Of a stretch of DNA of 64,000 bases, positions 1 through 11,544 are shown one piece after another; within the stretch, counting starts at the first letter, position 1, and every line of letters starts with the position of its first letter. The notes under the pieces were generated by a model. That model did no database searches and was not told the origin of the DNA. It worked only from the letters and a program-made list of their open reading frames with translations. The DNA lies in assembly GCA_010093605.1 (NCBI GenBank), contig MU004185.1, forward strand, positions 1,137,334-1,201,333, in the 5' to 3' direction. The translations under genes were made by a program, and so were the position numbers. The stretch comes from Lophium mytilinum. Its lineage: Eukaryota.

Positions 1-828
1 GAATCTCCCAAACCCTCACCAAACCGCTCGAGCAGCCCCGACAGCAGCGACAAGCGACGCAAAGTCCTGGGACCCGCACTACCACCAGCTCCTTTAGATG
101 AACGACCGCCAGGGAATCCATCGGCCTCAGATTCAGACGACAGTAGCAGCGACGACGATGACTTTGGTCCCGCGCCGCCTCCAGCCAACGGCGCAAATGT
201 ATGCAGCTCCAGCACTCTCAGCCTTTGGAGTGGCTCCCACTAATTATCTACGTAGACATCAAGCTATGAACCCTCTGAATCTAAATCAGCCTTCGACACC
301 GACCCCGCATATGCGCCCGCCGCACCCTCCTCCAAACCCCGCCGCGACGAATGGATGATGGTGCCCCCCAAAGCCGACGACCTCGCCGCGCGCATGGATC
401 CGAGTAAGCAGCGCGCACGCAAATTCAACAGCGGTAAAGGGGCACGCGCGCCCGGAGCTGCAGACGGCGACAACGCTATCTGGACAGAGACGCCGGAGCA
501 GAAGCGCAAGCGGCTCGCAGATGAAGTTATGGGCGTTGCGCCGGCAGGGAAGGCGAATGTGTCGGCGCGGCAGCAGGCTAGGGATCGAGAGGCGGAGGAG
601 ACGGCGAGGAGGGTGAGGGAGCACGATGAGCGGCATCGGGGGAAAAGTCTGTTTGAGCGGCATCAGGCTAGTACCACTAAGGAGAAGGAGGATGATCCGA
701 GTAAGAGGGCGTTTGATAGGGAAAAAGATGTCGCGGCGGGAGTAAGGCTAGGGACGAAGGAGAAGAAGGAGATGCTGAGCAAGGCGGCAGATTTTGGATC
801 GAGGTTCGAGAGGGGCAGTTTTCTGTAG
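1..828 (+). CDS. GPALPP-motif / DUF3752 family protein (5' end outside window)
   Basis: Frame 1 reads KRRKVLGPALPPAP...DDDDFGPAPPP. Intron 199-255 (GTATGC..CTAAT..TAG) joins it in frame to RDEWMMVPP...IWTETPEQKRKRL...DDPSKRAFDREKD...FGSRFERGSFL*, the typical DUF3752 C-terminus. Confidence 0.88.
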
Positions 829-1557
829 TGGCTTGTGAAAGTGGGAGGAGTGTCTTAAGGGAACTTGGTGATGCTTGGCACGCTGCACACGGCACCTATC
901 GTAAAACTAGCCCTAGAATCGAACTCTGAACATGTATATGAAGTTCGCACTGAGCCTTACTATACACTGTATGCATGTGAAAAATTTGCAGTATGGCCTC
1001 ATTCAATAGATGCATTTTTCGAATACTCGGTGGTTCACCGCAGGAACTACACGTGGAAACCCTCAGCTTTAAAATATCATGGAATCTACAAGTTGCTAGT
1101 GGCTATCTCAGTTGAATTGAAAACATGCCATGAGTAAAGACGATCAACGCCAAAGCGATTTAAAATGTTGGTAGCGATAGGTACTATACGTACGAGTGGA
1201 GTTGCGGAGCCCACTCCAGCACGAAATAAATTGGATTAAAGAAAGATTCTCCCCCCGACTCGATTCTGAGTTACTAGAATTGAGGAGTGACCTCTCCTGA
1301 ACAGCATGATGGCTCGTTATGTGGTTGCAAACGACGAATACCAAGCCATCCTTTGAAGTGTTGTTTCAGTGGGGCCGATTGTCCACCCTCTGGACCTATC
1401 AATTGGCCGAGACGCTTTGACACACACACCCATGGTACCCTTGTAATTTCACTCACTCCCGAAGGTCGGCTGACTGTTCTCTAGGGTTGGTTTTCGCTCT
1501 AGTTTGTCATGGGCTATATACCAACTATTTTTGCCAACTCTTCATCAATCACCAACA

Positions 1558-1688
1558 GGCGTGGTGGCGGAGTGGTTATCGCGCAAGCCTAGAAAGCTTG
1601 TTCCTTCGGGAGCGCAGGAAAGCGATTTGATTCCTAGCTTCAATACCATCAACTAACAGTGTTATAGGTTCGAGTCCTGCCCACGTCG
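1558..1688 (+). tRNA. tRNA-Ser(AGA) gene interrupted by a 50-nt non-canonical insert (1618-1667) in the T-stem
   Basis: Acceptor GGCGTGG/CCACGTC plus G discriminator; D arm GCG-GAGTGGTTAT-CGC; anticodon arm CAAGC-CTAGAAA-GCTTG; Ser-type variable arm TCC-TTCG-GGA. The full 5-bp T arm GCAGG-TTCGAGT-CCTGC forms only after removing 1618-1667. TATATA at 1515-1520; T6 run at about 1697-1702. Confidence 0.92.
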
Positions 1689-1696
1689 AAATTATC

Positions 1697-1702
1697 TTTT
1701 TG
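1697..1702 (+). terminator. RNA polymerase III T-run terminator of the tRNA-Ser gene
   Basis: TTTTTT beginning 9 nt after the discriminator base. Confidence 0.75.
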
Positions 1703-2053
1703 ATTTTCCACATATCTTTTTGCTCCCACGTTGCTCCGGACGGCCAGGACATCAGCAATACGTTTGAACAGTGACTGATAAGCGTGTGCATTCTTTTTGC
1801 CCTTGTGCAATGTGATAGCCGGGGTAATGTGACAACTTTTGCTCGGCTAGCAGCATATGCGCCTATCATCAGTGAATGACATCTACGTGACATCCGGGCA
1901 GGCGAACACGGCATGTCGATAATGTGATGTGATCTTTATGCAGGAAGATGACGGAAGTAACGATGTTCAACCTATAAATCAAGTTCTATGTTACCACAAG
2001 ACGGGACGCGGGGAAGTATATCACACGTTCCGAGATACGGGAAACTGCATCAT

Positions 2054-2360
2054 ATCGATATGATGCACCAATTATCGGCAGATCGAGAGTTTGTACATCG
2101 ATATGAGCGCACCAATGAAAACCCTGTACTTCAGAAATAGAATGGTCTTTTGCTATGTCACTGCTTGGTGTCCTCAGATACACGCCCAGAAATCCAGACC
2201 AGATGTCGGATTATTCGCGGTACTAATCAGCCCGACGATATGGGGTGACTGCATGGACATCATAGATCGGAACGCTAACCTTCCATTATGCCTCTCGTGC
2301 TATGTCACTGCTTAGTGTCTTCCAACACGATTTCAGATATCTGGACAGGATGTCAAGAAC
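2054..2360. repeat. Degenerate local direct repeats
   Basis: ATCGATATGA(T/GC)GCACCAAT at 2054 and 2097; TGCTATGTCACTGCTT(G/A)GTGTC at 2151 and 2298 (147-nt offset), with looser similarity continuing downstream. Confidence 0.7.
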
Positions 2361-2592
2361 GGTGCAGCGTGAATCGAACAAGGCAAAATAGCTCTGAATA
2401 AGATCTTTGACGATTCCTTTACATCAATAGGAGCGCTTCAGTTAGCTTCAGTTATCGTTGATTGCAAAGTTGTACCGAAAAGTCTCCTATGTTGCTTTGC
2501 CACTACTGAGAGTCCCCCAACACACTCCAAAAATCTAGCCACGATGTAAAAATAGTCCTCTCACAAATCAAGCCATCCGAAACCAAACCGCT

Positions 2593-3396
2593 GAGAACGT
2601 CCGGGGCGCTCCAAAGGACCACAGAAATCCACCGGATTCAACTCTCCATCATCTTAATCCCCAACCAATCACGCGCCGCACACCCACTCCTCACCAACCC
2701 CATCACCACATCCACATCCCCTTCTCCCAATCCCCCCCATCCCTAAACCCCACAGCGCCATCCCCGCCCTAGAACATTCCAAACCCCCAATCGGCGCTCG
2801 CCTCTCGCCAAAACCTCCCACCGCCGACCTTCCCAAACCACCACACCCACCGGCTCGGCTCCGAAACTCGGCTTCCAGCCAAAACCCAAATTCTCTAAGC
2901 TCAGAACGTCATCTCCGCCGAAAAAAGGTAATTACATATCTGGCGTCTGTCTTAGAACGACGTCGGTCGGTCGTCCAGCGCCACGGCAGCGGGACAGCAA
3001 GTTGCTGACGCGGGACGGCATGCCGCGCGCCACCCAGCGAATGGGATGCCGCGGAGCGCGAGCTCAGGGGGTTGTGGATGCCGCGTTCGACATTTCTCGA
3101 GTCTGAACCGTCTCAACAGTTTCGCCTGAGCGGGACGGATGGGGGGGTGGGGAATGTGGGTAAAGTGTGGATCATGGATTTGGGGGTGAGACACGCTGCG
3201 GGTTCCTGAGCTAGAGGCGTTGCTTTAGGAAATCACGGTGGGCGGAGGGAAGCGCGTGTCAGGCGCGTTTTGGGCGGTGTGGGTTGGTAGTCAAGGATGA
3301 GTATGGAGGCTATATAGCCAGTGACGAGTGCATATACGTGCCGAGGAGTGGTGAGAGACGGTGGGTTTGGGTGGAACCAATGCCCGGTGCGTTCTC
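2593..3396. ncRNA. Candidate long structured non-coding RNA (nested imperfect fold-back, identity unknown)
   Basis: More than ten nested complementary segment pairs, e.g. GAGAACG 2593/CGTTCTC 3390, ACGCGCC 2671/GGCGCGT 3262, CCCCCCCATCC 2732/GGATGGGGGGG 3137, AACCCCC 2782/GGGGGTT 3067. No credible ORF. Confidence 0.45.
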
Positions 3397-6300
3397 CCCA
3401 TGTATGGGGATTCATTGATACACAAGAGCTAGTTCTATCGATGGTGTATCGCTACTGGGAACTCGCATGGCCAATACCCTCAGCTGAAGCTACAACTGCC
3501 CTCCCCGAAAGACGGGATTGGTGAGTACGAATGCGGCATCTTCAATAAGTGAAGAAACGAGGCCTATTTAGAGAGATGTGACCGGTGACAGATCCTGGTT
3601 GTGGTGGCCGCAGGGCAGCTCAAATTATGCAACGCACGTGAAATAAAAAGATAGTGAACACCTTACTACGACGTGATTAAGGTTGCGGTGTTCTAGAGGG
3701 TTAAAGTTTTCCGGACCGTGGCTCACATGCAAATTGCAAATCGGCGAATGGATCCGCGCACCCGAAGCGTAACTAGCCTAGGTACTGCGAGTTCACACCT
3801 CTCGGAGATACTCCTAGCCAAGCCAAGCTCAAGATCGAAGTTGACTTTAGCAAAGAAGTTCCGCAGCTAATGCGCGCATGCACCCGGTACTCAATCCGTA
3901 GGCAGATCCGGGGTAGAAGCAGGCGGGGTAGACATGACGGAGAAGGGGTGGTCAACGACGTATGGCCGGTCGACGCACTGAATGTCCTTGTGATTTTGCG
4001 ATGGGTCTACAAAATGCGTGGCGTTTACACATGACAGAGACATGGGACGACTGAGATGCAGGGGAAGGCGAAAATGCGAAAAACTTACAACGACCTAAGA
4101 GATTCCTCAAATGCATTGCCTTTGTAAGTGGTTTCTTCAGAGGTCTCCGAGACTCTGGGGAAACACAAGGTTACTATGAAGTAGGACTGGATCTTAGAAT
4201 CGGATCGGAGACTGTGCACGAATCGTGTAGGAGATAGAAGCATCCTCGTTTGAGATAGTACTTTAGATAGCTGTTAAAATAAAAAATTCGCACCAACTTA
4301 CGGCTTGCGTTCACAGTGAAAATCCTCGGATACAGAGTTCAATAGTCCGTTCCCGGTCGTTGTCAGCAAATGTAATTTCGTGAACATGGGATGCATTTAG
4401 TCGTCTTTTCTTCCCGAAACTGCAAGGAGGCCGTGGCTCGGACAGGTTTTTGGAAAGGCACTTTCTCCGGTCAGATCATTTGGTGGCGTGCAATCGCTGT
4501 CTAGCTTTGCATTTCGAAGGAGTTTCGAAGCACTCCCTTGCCGTCATTCTCACCTCCCTGGTAGAGTAGTACCGGGCATGTGGGAGGCGATGCAACAGCG
4601 CACAGCAATTGCGACTGTGTGAGGAACCGAACGTGCTGAATCTCTGCGGCACGGAAGGTCGTGCACGGCGTGCAAGTCCAGGATGGCGACCAGGATGGCG
4701 AGCTTGGGTACATAATGTTCGTCTCTCACGGGAATGATGGTTGGAGTAGTCGGTCGCTAGGCATGCGACGGGCTTCTACACACCGAAGTGGCCAAGCTGA
4801 GTAGAAGCTGACTTGGAGGAGCACAGCGCATGTTAGTCTCAGAGTCTTCAGTTAGTTCAGCTGAGGATTTGAGCAAGGAGTGGATGACGATGGATAAGTT
4901 TCTTAAGGTGCCATATTGATGAGATGCAGCTGCAGTGTCAACCTGCAGGCCGTTCGCGAGGCTAACGGGTGACGCCAGGACGTGTTGGACCAACTCCGTG
5001 CCTTACGATCGGTAGAGAGGTGGACGTGTGTTTTGCTAGGGAGGGGAAACGGTTCGCTCGTTTGTGGTGAAACGTCGCACTTGTTCAACGGCCTGCACTG
5101 ACCCATGCACCCGGGTCTTGACACACCTTCGAGAAGACCCAAGAGCCGCGACCTAGACTCGGGATAGGACGGCTGGTGCCCAGCGTGCAGGATCAAGGCG
5201 GCAAGGATAAAGTTCGTATTCGAGGAGTGGGGAGCACTACTTCTTGAAACCTCCTAGGTTGATGCTGTTGATAGTGGACGTGGAGGTTGGCGATCCGGCC
5301 GGAGTTGCGAAAGTATTTCAGAAGTCCGCGAATCCTGCCGCCACCTGGGAAGTGCTTCATGATGCGCTTCATATTGAAAGCGAAGCTACGTGGGAAGACT
5401 CGGCATGAGTTCTGAGAATGGCAGCTCGTCCTCGGTAATGTGATGCTGAAGTTGAGATGACGGATGTCGATGCCGATGGCACATCCGGCAGCGAGGAAAC
5501 AGTATAACACGAGTCCGGAAGCGGTTCAAGGTCCGGCTGGGGTGGCCAGCTCGGGCTAGATACGCAGTGGGAGCGGGATGCCATGCACGGAAGATCGGGC
5601 TGACAACCTTCTGCAGGAACCTCTCCTCTGCATCGCAAGACGACGCGGGTGGTGGTGTAGAGCGGGTCAGGGGCACAGGGGCTACGCGGGTTTTCGACTT
5701 TGCCACGAACGGCAACCTTGCAACCGGCCTTGGATTGGGGGGCCTAAAAACGGGGGAGAGTGGTGGTCGAAAAGATTTGGCATCACTCTGGCATCATCGA
5801 CAAGCTCGCACGCGAGGCACGACGAGGTGGTTCGATTGTTGGAGAAGCAGAGGAGTAGCAAGATCATTCGACGGCCAGTCTGACAAAGCGGAGTTTGCAA
5901 TGAGGCGTGTAGCCAATTCGAAGGGTCATCAACAGAAAGCACGTCTCGACGCGTTGATAGGCCGACTTGACGCCGCCGCAAGGAGGGACGGGTAAGGGTC
6001 GGGGCGTGAAGAAGAACGAGCCGATGGGGCGCTGTAATGGCGGCATCACCTTGACCCAGCTCGGTATGGTCCGTCGGGGCATTTCTGCAAGGCATCCAGG
6101 TCGGAGGAGCCCGCCCGTTGAGGACGACCCCGCTGCTGTACCTGTGGCCTACTGGGGACACGGCGGTGGATCAGAATCACGGCGAGTCAGGTCATCGTCC
6201 CCGAATGCCCGGCTGAAGGATGGCTGGGCCTGGAGTATGGTTGAAGCCTGAAAGACGACTGAAAGGAAACTCGATATGCACGACGCTGGGCCTTGACTGG

Positions 6301-7721
6301 ATATGAAGAGGCCGAACAGTCAAGCTGGACAAGCACGCGGCCCGACAAATATCGATTCATGCTCGCGACCACGTGAGCAGCACGAGGGCATGGCAATTGG
6401 GAGGATCTGGCAAGCTGAGGCGGGCTGACCGGCCGCCACACACTTCGCTCTCCACCAACCACCACGCAGAAGGCACCCCAAAGCCATGCGCAGCAACAAC
6501 GCGAACACGCTCATCTTGCTTGGGGCGCGTCCAGGCATCATCAGGATCCGTCGTCATCGAACGCGGCGTCAGTGATCGAGCTGCTGTCAGCCCAGCCTCA
6601 GCATTCTCCTCGTCCCGCCAGGGTCTCGATATTGCCGGGCCGTCGTCGCCCTCAGATGCATGCCGCGATATTGGGCTCTTGGGACGGTGTCTCCCAATTG
6701 CCGCCACTGTGCTGCGCGAGACTCGTCGGCGGCGAGCGCACTGCATGATCTGCGAGAGTGCGGGCGTCCCGAGGACTGATGCTCGCTGCTGTGCCACTTC
6801 GCCCGTGATGGCAAACAGCACGAGCAAAACCGCCGTAGTGGAGCGAAGCCCTTCGCGCCTGGAGAGGCCGTAAGAGGCCGCGACATGAAGTCGGCTGCGC
6901 GAATCAGCATGCAGAGCAGCGTGCTGCGCCGACTGCGGGCTCGACGGCGCCGCCGTTACGACCACTCGCAACACCGAAGTGCCTGTACCTGGCCCCGGCT
7001 GTCTCCCGTCCCCACTACTACGCCTAGCCCTTTCACCGTCCGCCATGCCTGTCGTCCCTTTCAGGCCCTGCAACCCGCGCTGCTCCCCCGGAGCGCCATG
7101 GGCGACTGGCTTGGGCATCTCGGATCGTCGTGCTCTTGGTCAAAGGGCACGGCTCCAACCAGGCGGCGTCTCTCCATGTACCCCCCCAGCAGCTGGTCTG
7201 CGTCTAGCTCTGCCTTGCGGCCCGCCTGGATACAATACTGTACCCCGTCCCGCGTCTCTACATTTCTCGTGCTTTTGCTCTGCTTCCATTCTGCGGTCTA
7301 TTCATACTGTTCCAGTTTCACCCTCACTTGCGTAATCAACTCGTCTGTCTGCGCCCTTGCAAGCCACCACCAACCCAATCGATCCTACGTACTCCCCCAT
7401 CTCCGTTCCAACCTACCGTCACAGTCTTTTCTTGACTCCGAACCTCCATTGTCTCATCCTCTGCGTGCAATAAGGCCCTTACCCACCTCCCTCGCCATTC
7501 CATCGCCCGAAACACTCCAATATCCCTCTTCCGGCACGGATCCCGTCCCCGTTTAAAGCATTGACTACTTCCCCATACCGTCGACTATTTTCTTTTTGCG
7601 CATTTGGTCGGTCTATCAGGAACCTAGGCATCCCACAATAAGCTTCGCATCTTCGTCAATGTTGCACAGCGTATAATCTGAGTTTGGTCCGTTGCGGAAC
7701 CTGAATTGCAAGAACATCTCA

Positions 7722-9573
7722 ATGGCAAACGTCACTTTACTTCGAGGGCTCTGCCCACCTCCATTCTTCGATCTCGCAGCTTTCGGTGCGGATGGCGGAT
7801 GTGAGTGATTTCTTCGTGACCAAAGCGAGTCAGAGACCTAATCACACCACAGACGTCGATGGGCGTTTCTGCGCACCTGCATCCGAAATTCGAGCTGGTC
7901 TCTATTGTTGTGTACCATGTCCTATCACCGACTATCTCTACCCCGAGAGTGAGAACATACCTTTATTGCCTTTCGTAGTGCTCGTCTGACACCATTTCCC
8001 AGGCTTCGTAACATGGTACCGAATCGCAGAGGGACTCAGCATTGGTGGCGTCGTGTCCTGTTTATTCCTTCTATTATCATTCATCATTCTTCCCATAGAG
8101 AAGACGCGTCGGCATTATCTGAGTTACTGTATGGTCGTAGGTATATTATTCGTCGGCGTAAGTAATCCCAATACCGCGACCTTGATAATTACTGACACGA
8201 ACATAGCTGGGTTTCGTTGTCCCACTCGCTGTGAGACCACCGCAATGCTACGACGAAGTCACACCGAATGACATGTATTCGAACCTGACATGCGCCTTTT
8301 CGGGTGCTTTCATTATAGCGGGCGGCTTATCAATGACTGTCTGGAGTATGTTCACCACTTCGTACGCTACGAGCATTACTGATTTTTATAGTCTTCGTTC
8401 GCGTTCTCTCCATGCACCTTCAAATTGTCTGGGACGTACTGCCCGGAAAAAAGTTCATGTACTTCGCCCAAGGCCTGGGCTGGGGGATCATTGCCACCCT
8501 CTTCACAGTGACTATTACTTTGACTGGTGTCTCATTCCGTTTTGGAGACATCTGCCATGTGAACGCTCAGGATTCGGTAAAGCTCTTTTGGGGGCCGCTC
8601 CTTGGGATTGGTTGCGCATCCACGGCGATACAGCTAGCCACGTAAGTGACCAAGTCAATCGTCATTCGGCCTTTGCTAATTGTTGTTAGATTCGCGTACT
8701 GTATCAAAGTTTACGTGAAGAACATGTGGAGCGACGACGCTACGGAGACCCAGAGCTCTGGCGGCCTCCCTTCCTTTACCAACTCGAGCATCCGAACAAA
8801 GTCCGCCAAGGCCGTCTATCGACGAGTAAGAAAGGTAGTGTGGCTGCAGTGGCGCGGCATGACCATCGTTGCGTTCATGCTAGTAGACGTCATCTTTCTT
8901 TCCGTGGTATTCATCTATCTCAACCAGATCGTTGGGAATCTCAGCCATCATGTGGACTCCATATTACCCTGGACGCTCTGTCTGATCTCCAACCCCGACC
9001 ACCGAGAAAAGTGTTTCTCCATGGGACAGGACCTATTTATGAACATGCCAACAATCATCGCGGTATTGGTGCTGCTATCGGTACGTTCAATTACTCCATG
9101 TTTTCGTAGTACCGACTGACTCTCTACAGCTTGCCGGCCTCGAATGTCTGCTACTCCTAGGACGAGGCTCCATCTACACAGCATGGTGGGATATGGTCCG
9201 ATCCAAATTTGGATCCAAGCGAGAATTCGTGTCGCTCGACGCAAAGCGCTTCTCCTCCGATGCGCGTGCCTACGAGCTTCTCAAAATTGGGAACACGCCT
9301 CAGATCAAATCACCTGAAACCGCAATCACCAGCCCGATTTCAGGACGCGACATCGATCGCGATGCAACTGGTACCCCGGATTACTTCGGCAAAGAGGTAC
9401 AACGAGAGTACCGCAGTCCTACTCTTAGCTTCTCTACTCCTCGCGCTCCGTCTCAGGCCACGTTACGTGTTGAATGGGATCCGCGCAACACACACGCAAG
9501 GGGTGGACTTGGCTATCACCCTCCTGTCACCGAGGATGAGATTGAACGTCCAGGGATGACGAACAAGATATGA
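7722..9573 (+). CDS. 7-TM G-protein-coupled receptor, fungal GprM-like (family-2/frizzled-like) with Cys-rich N-terminus
   Basis: Multi-exon gene: MANVTLLRGLCPPPFFD..|..GRFCAP..CCVPCP..|..SFIILPIEKTRRHYLS..|..QCYDEVTPNDMYSNLTCAFSG..|..MHLQIVWD..GVSFRFGDICHVN..|..YCIKVY..VYRRVRKVVWLQWRG. Introns start GTGAGT (7801), GTGAGA, GTAAGT, GTATGT, GTAAGT, GTACGT. Confidence 0.8.
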
Positions 9574-11544
9574 AGACCAGTCTCAGATGGAAAAGTTCCA
9601 GATTCTTCGTTCCACTCTACAACTTAGGATTAGAGAGCATATGCTCATCAGTTCCACCCTTTGCTTTACAGCCAAGCAAGGAACAACACGCGAGAACGGT
9701 ACAGAGTGCGATTAGCGACATCGCATGCCCTCTGCAGCGCACGAGAGATACCCGGGCTACGAACGCCACCTTCTTTATGTCTACACCACCAGCACCGGCG
9801 TTTTGGATGCTTTGGACCGGTTGGAAAAAGCCGCTTTACTTCTTCATTATGGACTAGGGGGTAACGGAACGATCATAGCGAAGGAGTTAATGACAGGCGG
9901 ACTTTTGATGGATTTCTAACGGCTTCGCGCAGCCGCAAGCGCGCATTTACTTCCTTTCTCGTCTTTCGCTACAACCACACTCCACTTCACTACTACGCCT
10001 TTTCACACCCACGACAAGAGTTACAGAGTACGCAGGCCGACCCTGCCGTTACTCGCACCAGCGCCCTTTGCCTTGAAAGGAAGGAGGGGGTGTGCTTTAC
10101 TCTAGTGTCTTGTCTATCGACGAATGGATGCGGTAATAGAGCTTCCCAAGAGGGAAACGAAACTTCGACTTTTGTCGCACATATATTGTACCAGCGGAGC
10201 GATCTGCGCAAAACTTAGTAGCCTTTGTAGGCAGCTGCACTGCGCGCCAGGCAGCATGTATAGAATCTCTCCTAAATGAACGAATACTAGATGTTCGATG
10301 ATACCTCTTCAACCAACCTTGCTGCATCACTCCGCAACTGCATGTGACACGGATTTGTTGGGACCTCGCTGAGACCTCTATCACATCTACCCCCCTGGAA
10401 GTAAGCGTAAGCAAGCTAATTAGCACAGTGACATCCATTTCCAACTGCATGGGTTGCTGGGTTGTGTTTCGTCTACCCTGGTACCCTGGGACTTTGGGTC
10501 GAGTACCCCGCCCGTCTCGAACTGCCTGACACTGGTTCTGGCGAAGACTTCGCTGCCGGTACCTATTTCCGTGCCGTCCCGTTCGTAGTGACATCGGTAG
10601 CGAGTTTAATACAGCCTTGGTTCATGGCGTTCGGCGTCATGGCACGGTCGCTCTCGACATGGCACGCGGGGCATGAAGAAGCCGCGAGGGTTATGTACGT
10701 ACTGTACACGTCGATGCCACAGGTTGAGTTGCTTCAATGCATTTTCTTGAATCTGAACAAGATAGAAGCTCTACACTTTAGGTTATTTGGAACTCAATCA
10801 AGCAATTCGAGCAGTGGACACGCGACAGGGTGCTTGGATACTGCCCATCTTTGGCAATCTGGGGATTACTCTGTGGCTGGATCTGAGGAAATTTGGGCTG
10901 CCTGAATGGATAGGGGCGCTCGTGTCACTGTCGTGGGCGGGTATTTGACGCGTGGTGGTAGTTGGGGGCCGATATCGCGGGTGAAGGCACTGAGCGACGC
11001 GCATGGTGGCTTCGGCTTCACTTGCTCCGACTATCCAAGCTGGAAATCAGTCAGCGAAGGCCCTAAATTACCCATCAGCCCCCTATCCAGATATCGCTTC
11101 TTGGGATTGCAATATCAACATCATCTTGCAATTCGTGAGAGGTGTCTCGAATCCAGTTCCGGTAAGCTGGGCCAAAAGCTTGATGATGAAGGATCGAAGC
11201 CTTGACCGCGGGACGTTCACTACGCCGCGGGGCGTATCGTAGAATATCGCCGTATCGATAGCTGGCCGCGCTCTAGCTAGTGACACGGTGATCACGACTA
11301 ACAGCACTAACAGCACGACATCCTCAGTTTGCATCCTCACAGCTTCATCGCGACTCTCAGTGCTTTTTAGTGCGCGAGTGACAGCTTGTGAAAGCCATTT
11401 GTAATCAAAGACTGCTACCTCTATCTACAAAGGTATCTAATTCCCGTACATTGCCGTGTCCTGCCACCTCTCTTTTCAGCTATCTACAGTCCGCTTGAAC
11501 TTTCATTCAACTACCATCGGTTACTTTTACTAGACCCTGCAACA

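Noticed and set aside
2741..2750. CCCTAAACCC as a telomeric repeat
   Set aside because: Only about 1.5 units inside a C-rich tract; not a telomere array and not sufficient to call telomerase RNA.
2477..3414. RNase MRP-like words (GAAAAGTCTCC, GAGAGTCCCC, ATAGCCA, ATGGGGATTCA)
   Set aside because: The 3' P4 strand lacks the GGGGCTYA consensus and the spacing is atypical; kept only as an alternative for the fold-back region, not called.
4500..7560. Many overlapping 70-250 aa ORFs on both strands upstream of the GPCR
   Set aside because: Arg/Ser/Pro-rich translations with no recognisable motif or consistent splice pattern; most likely a long GC-rich promoter/5' region, although a decayed gene cannot be excluded.
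9600..11500. Short ORFs between the GPCR and the dehydrogenase
   Set aside because: No domain-like sequence or codon bias; interpreted as UTR/promoter.
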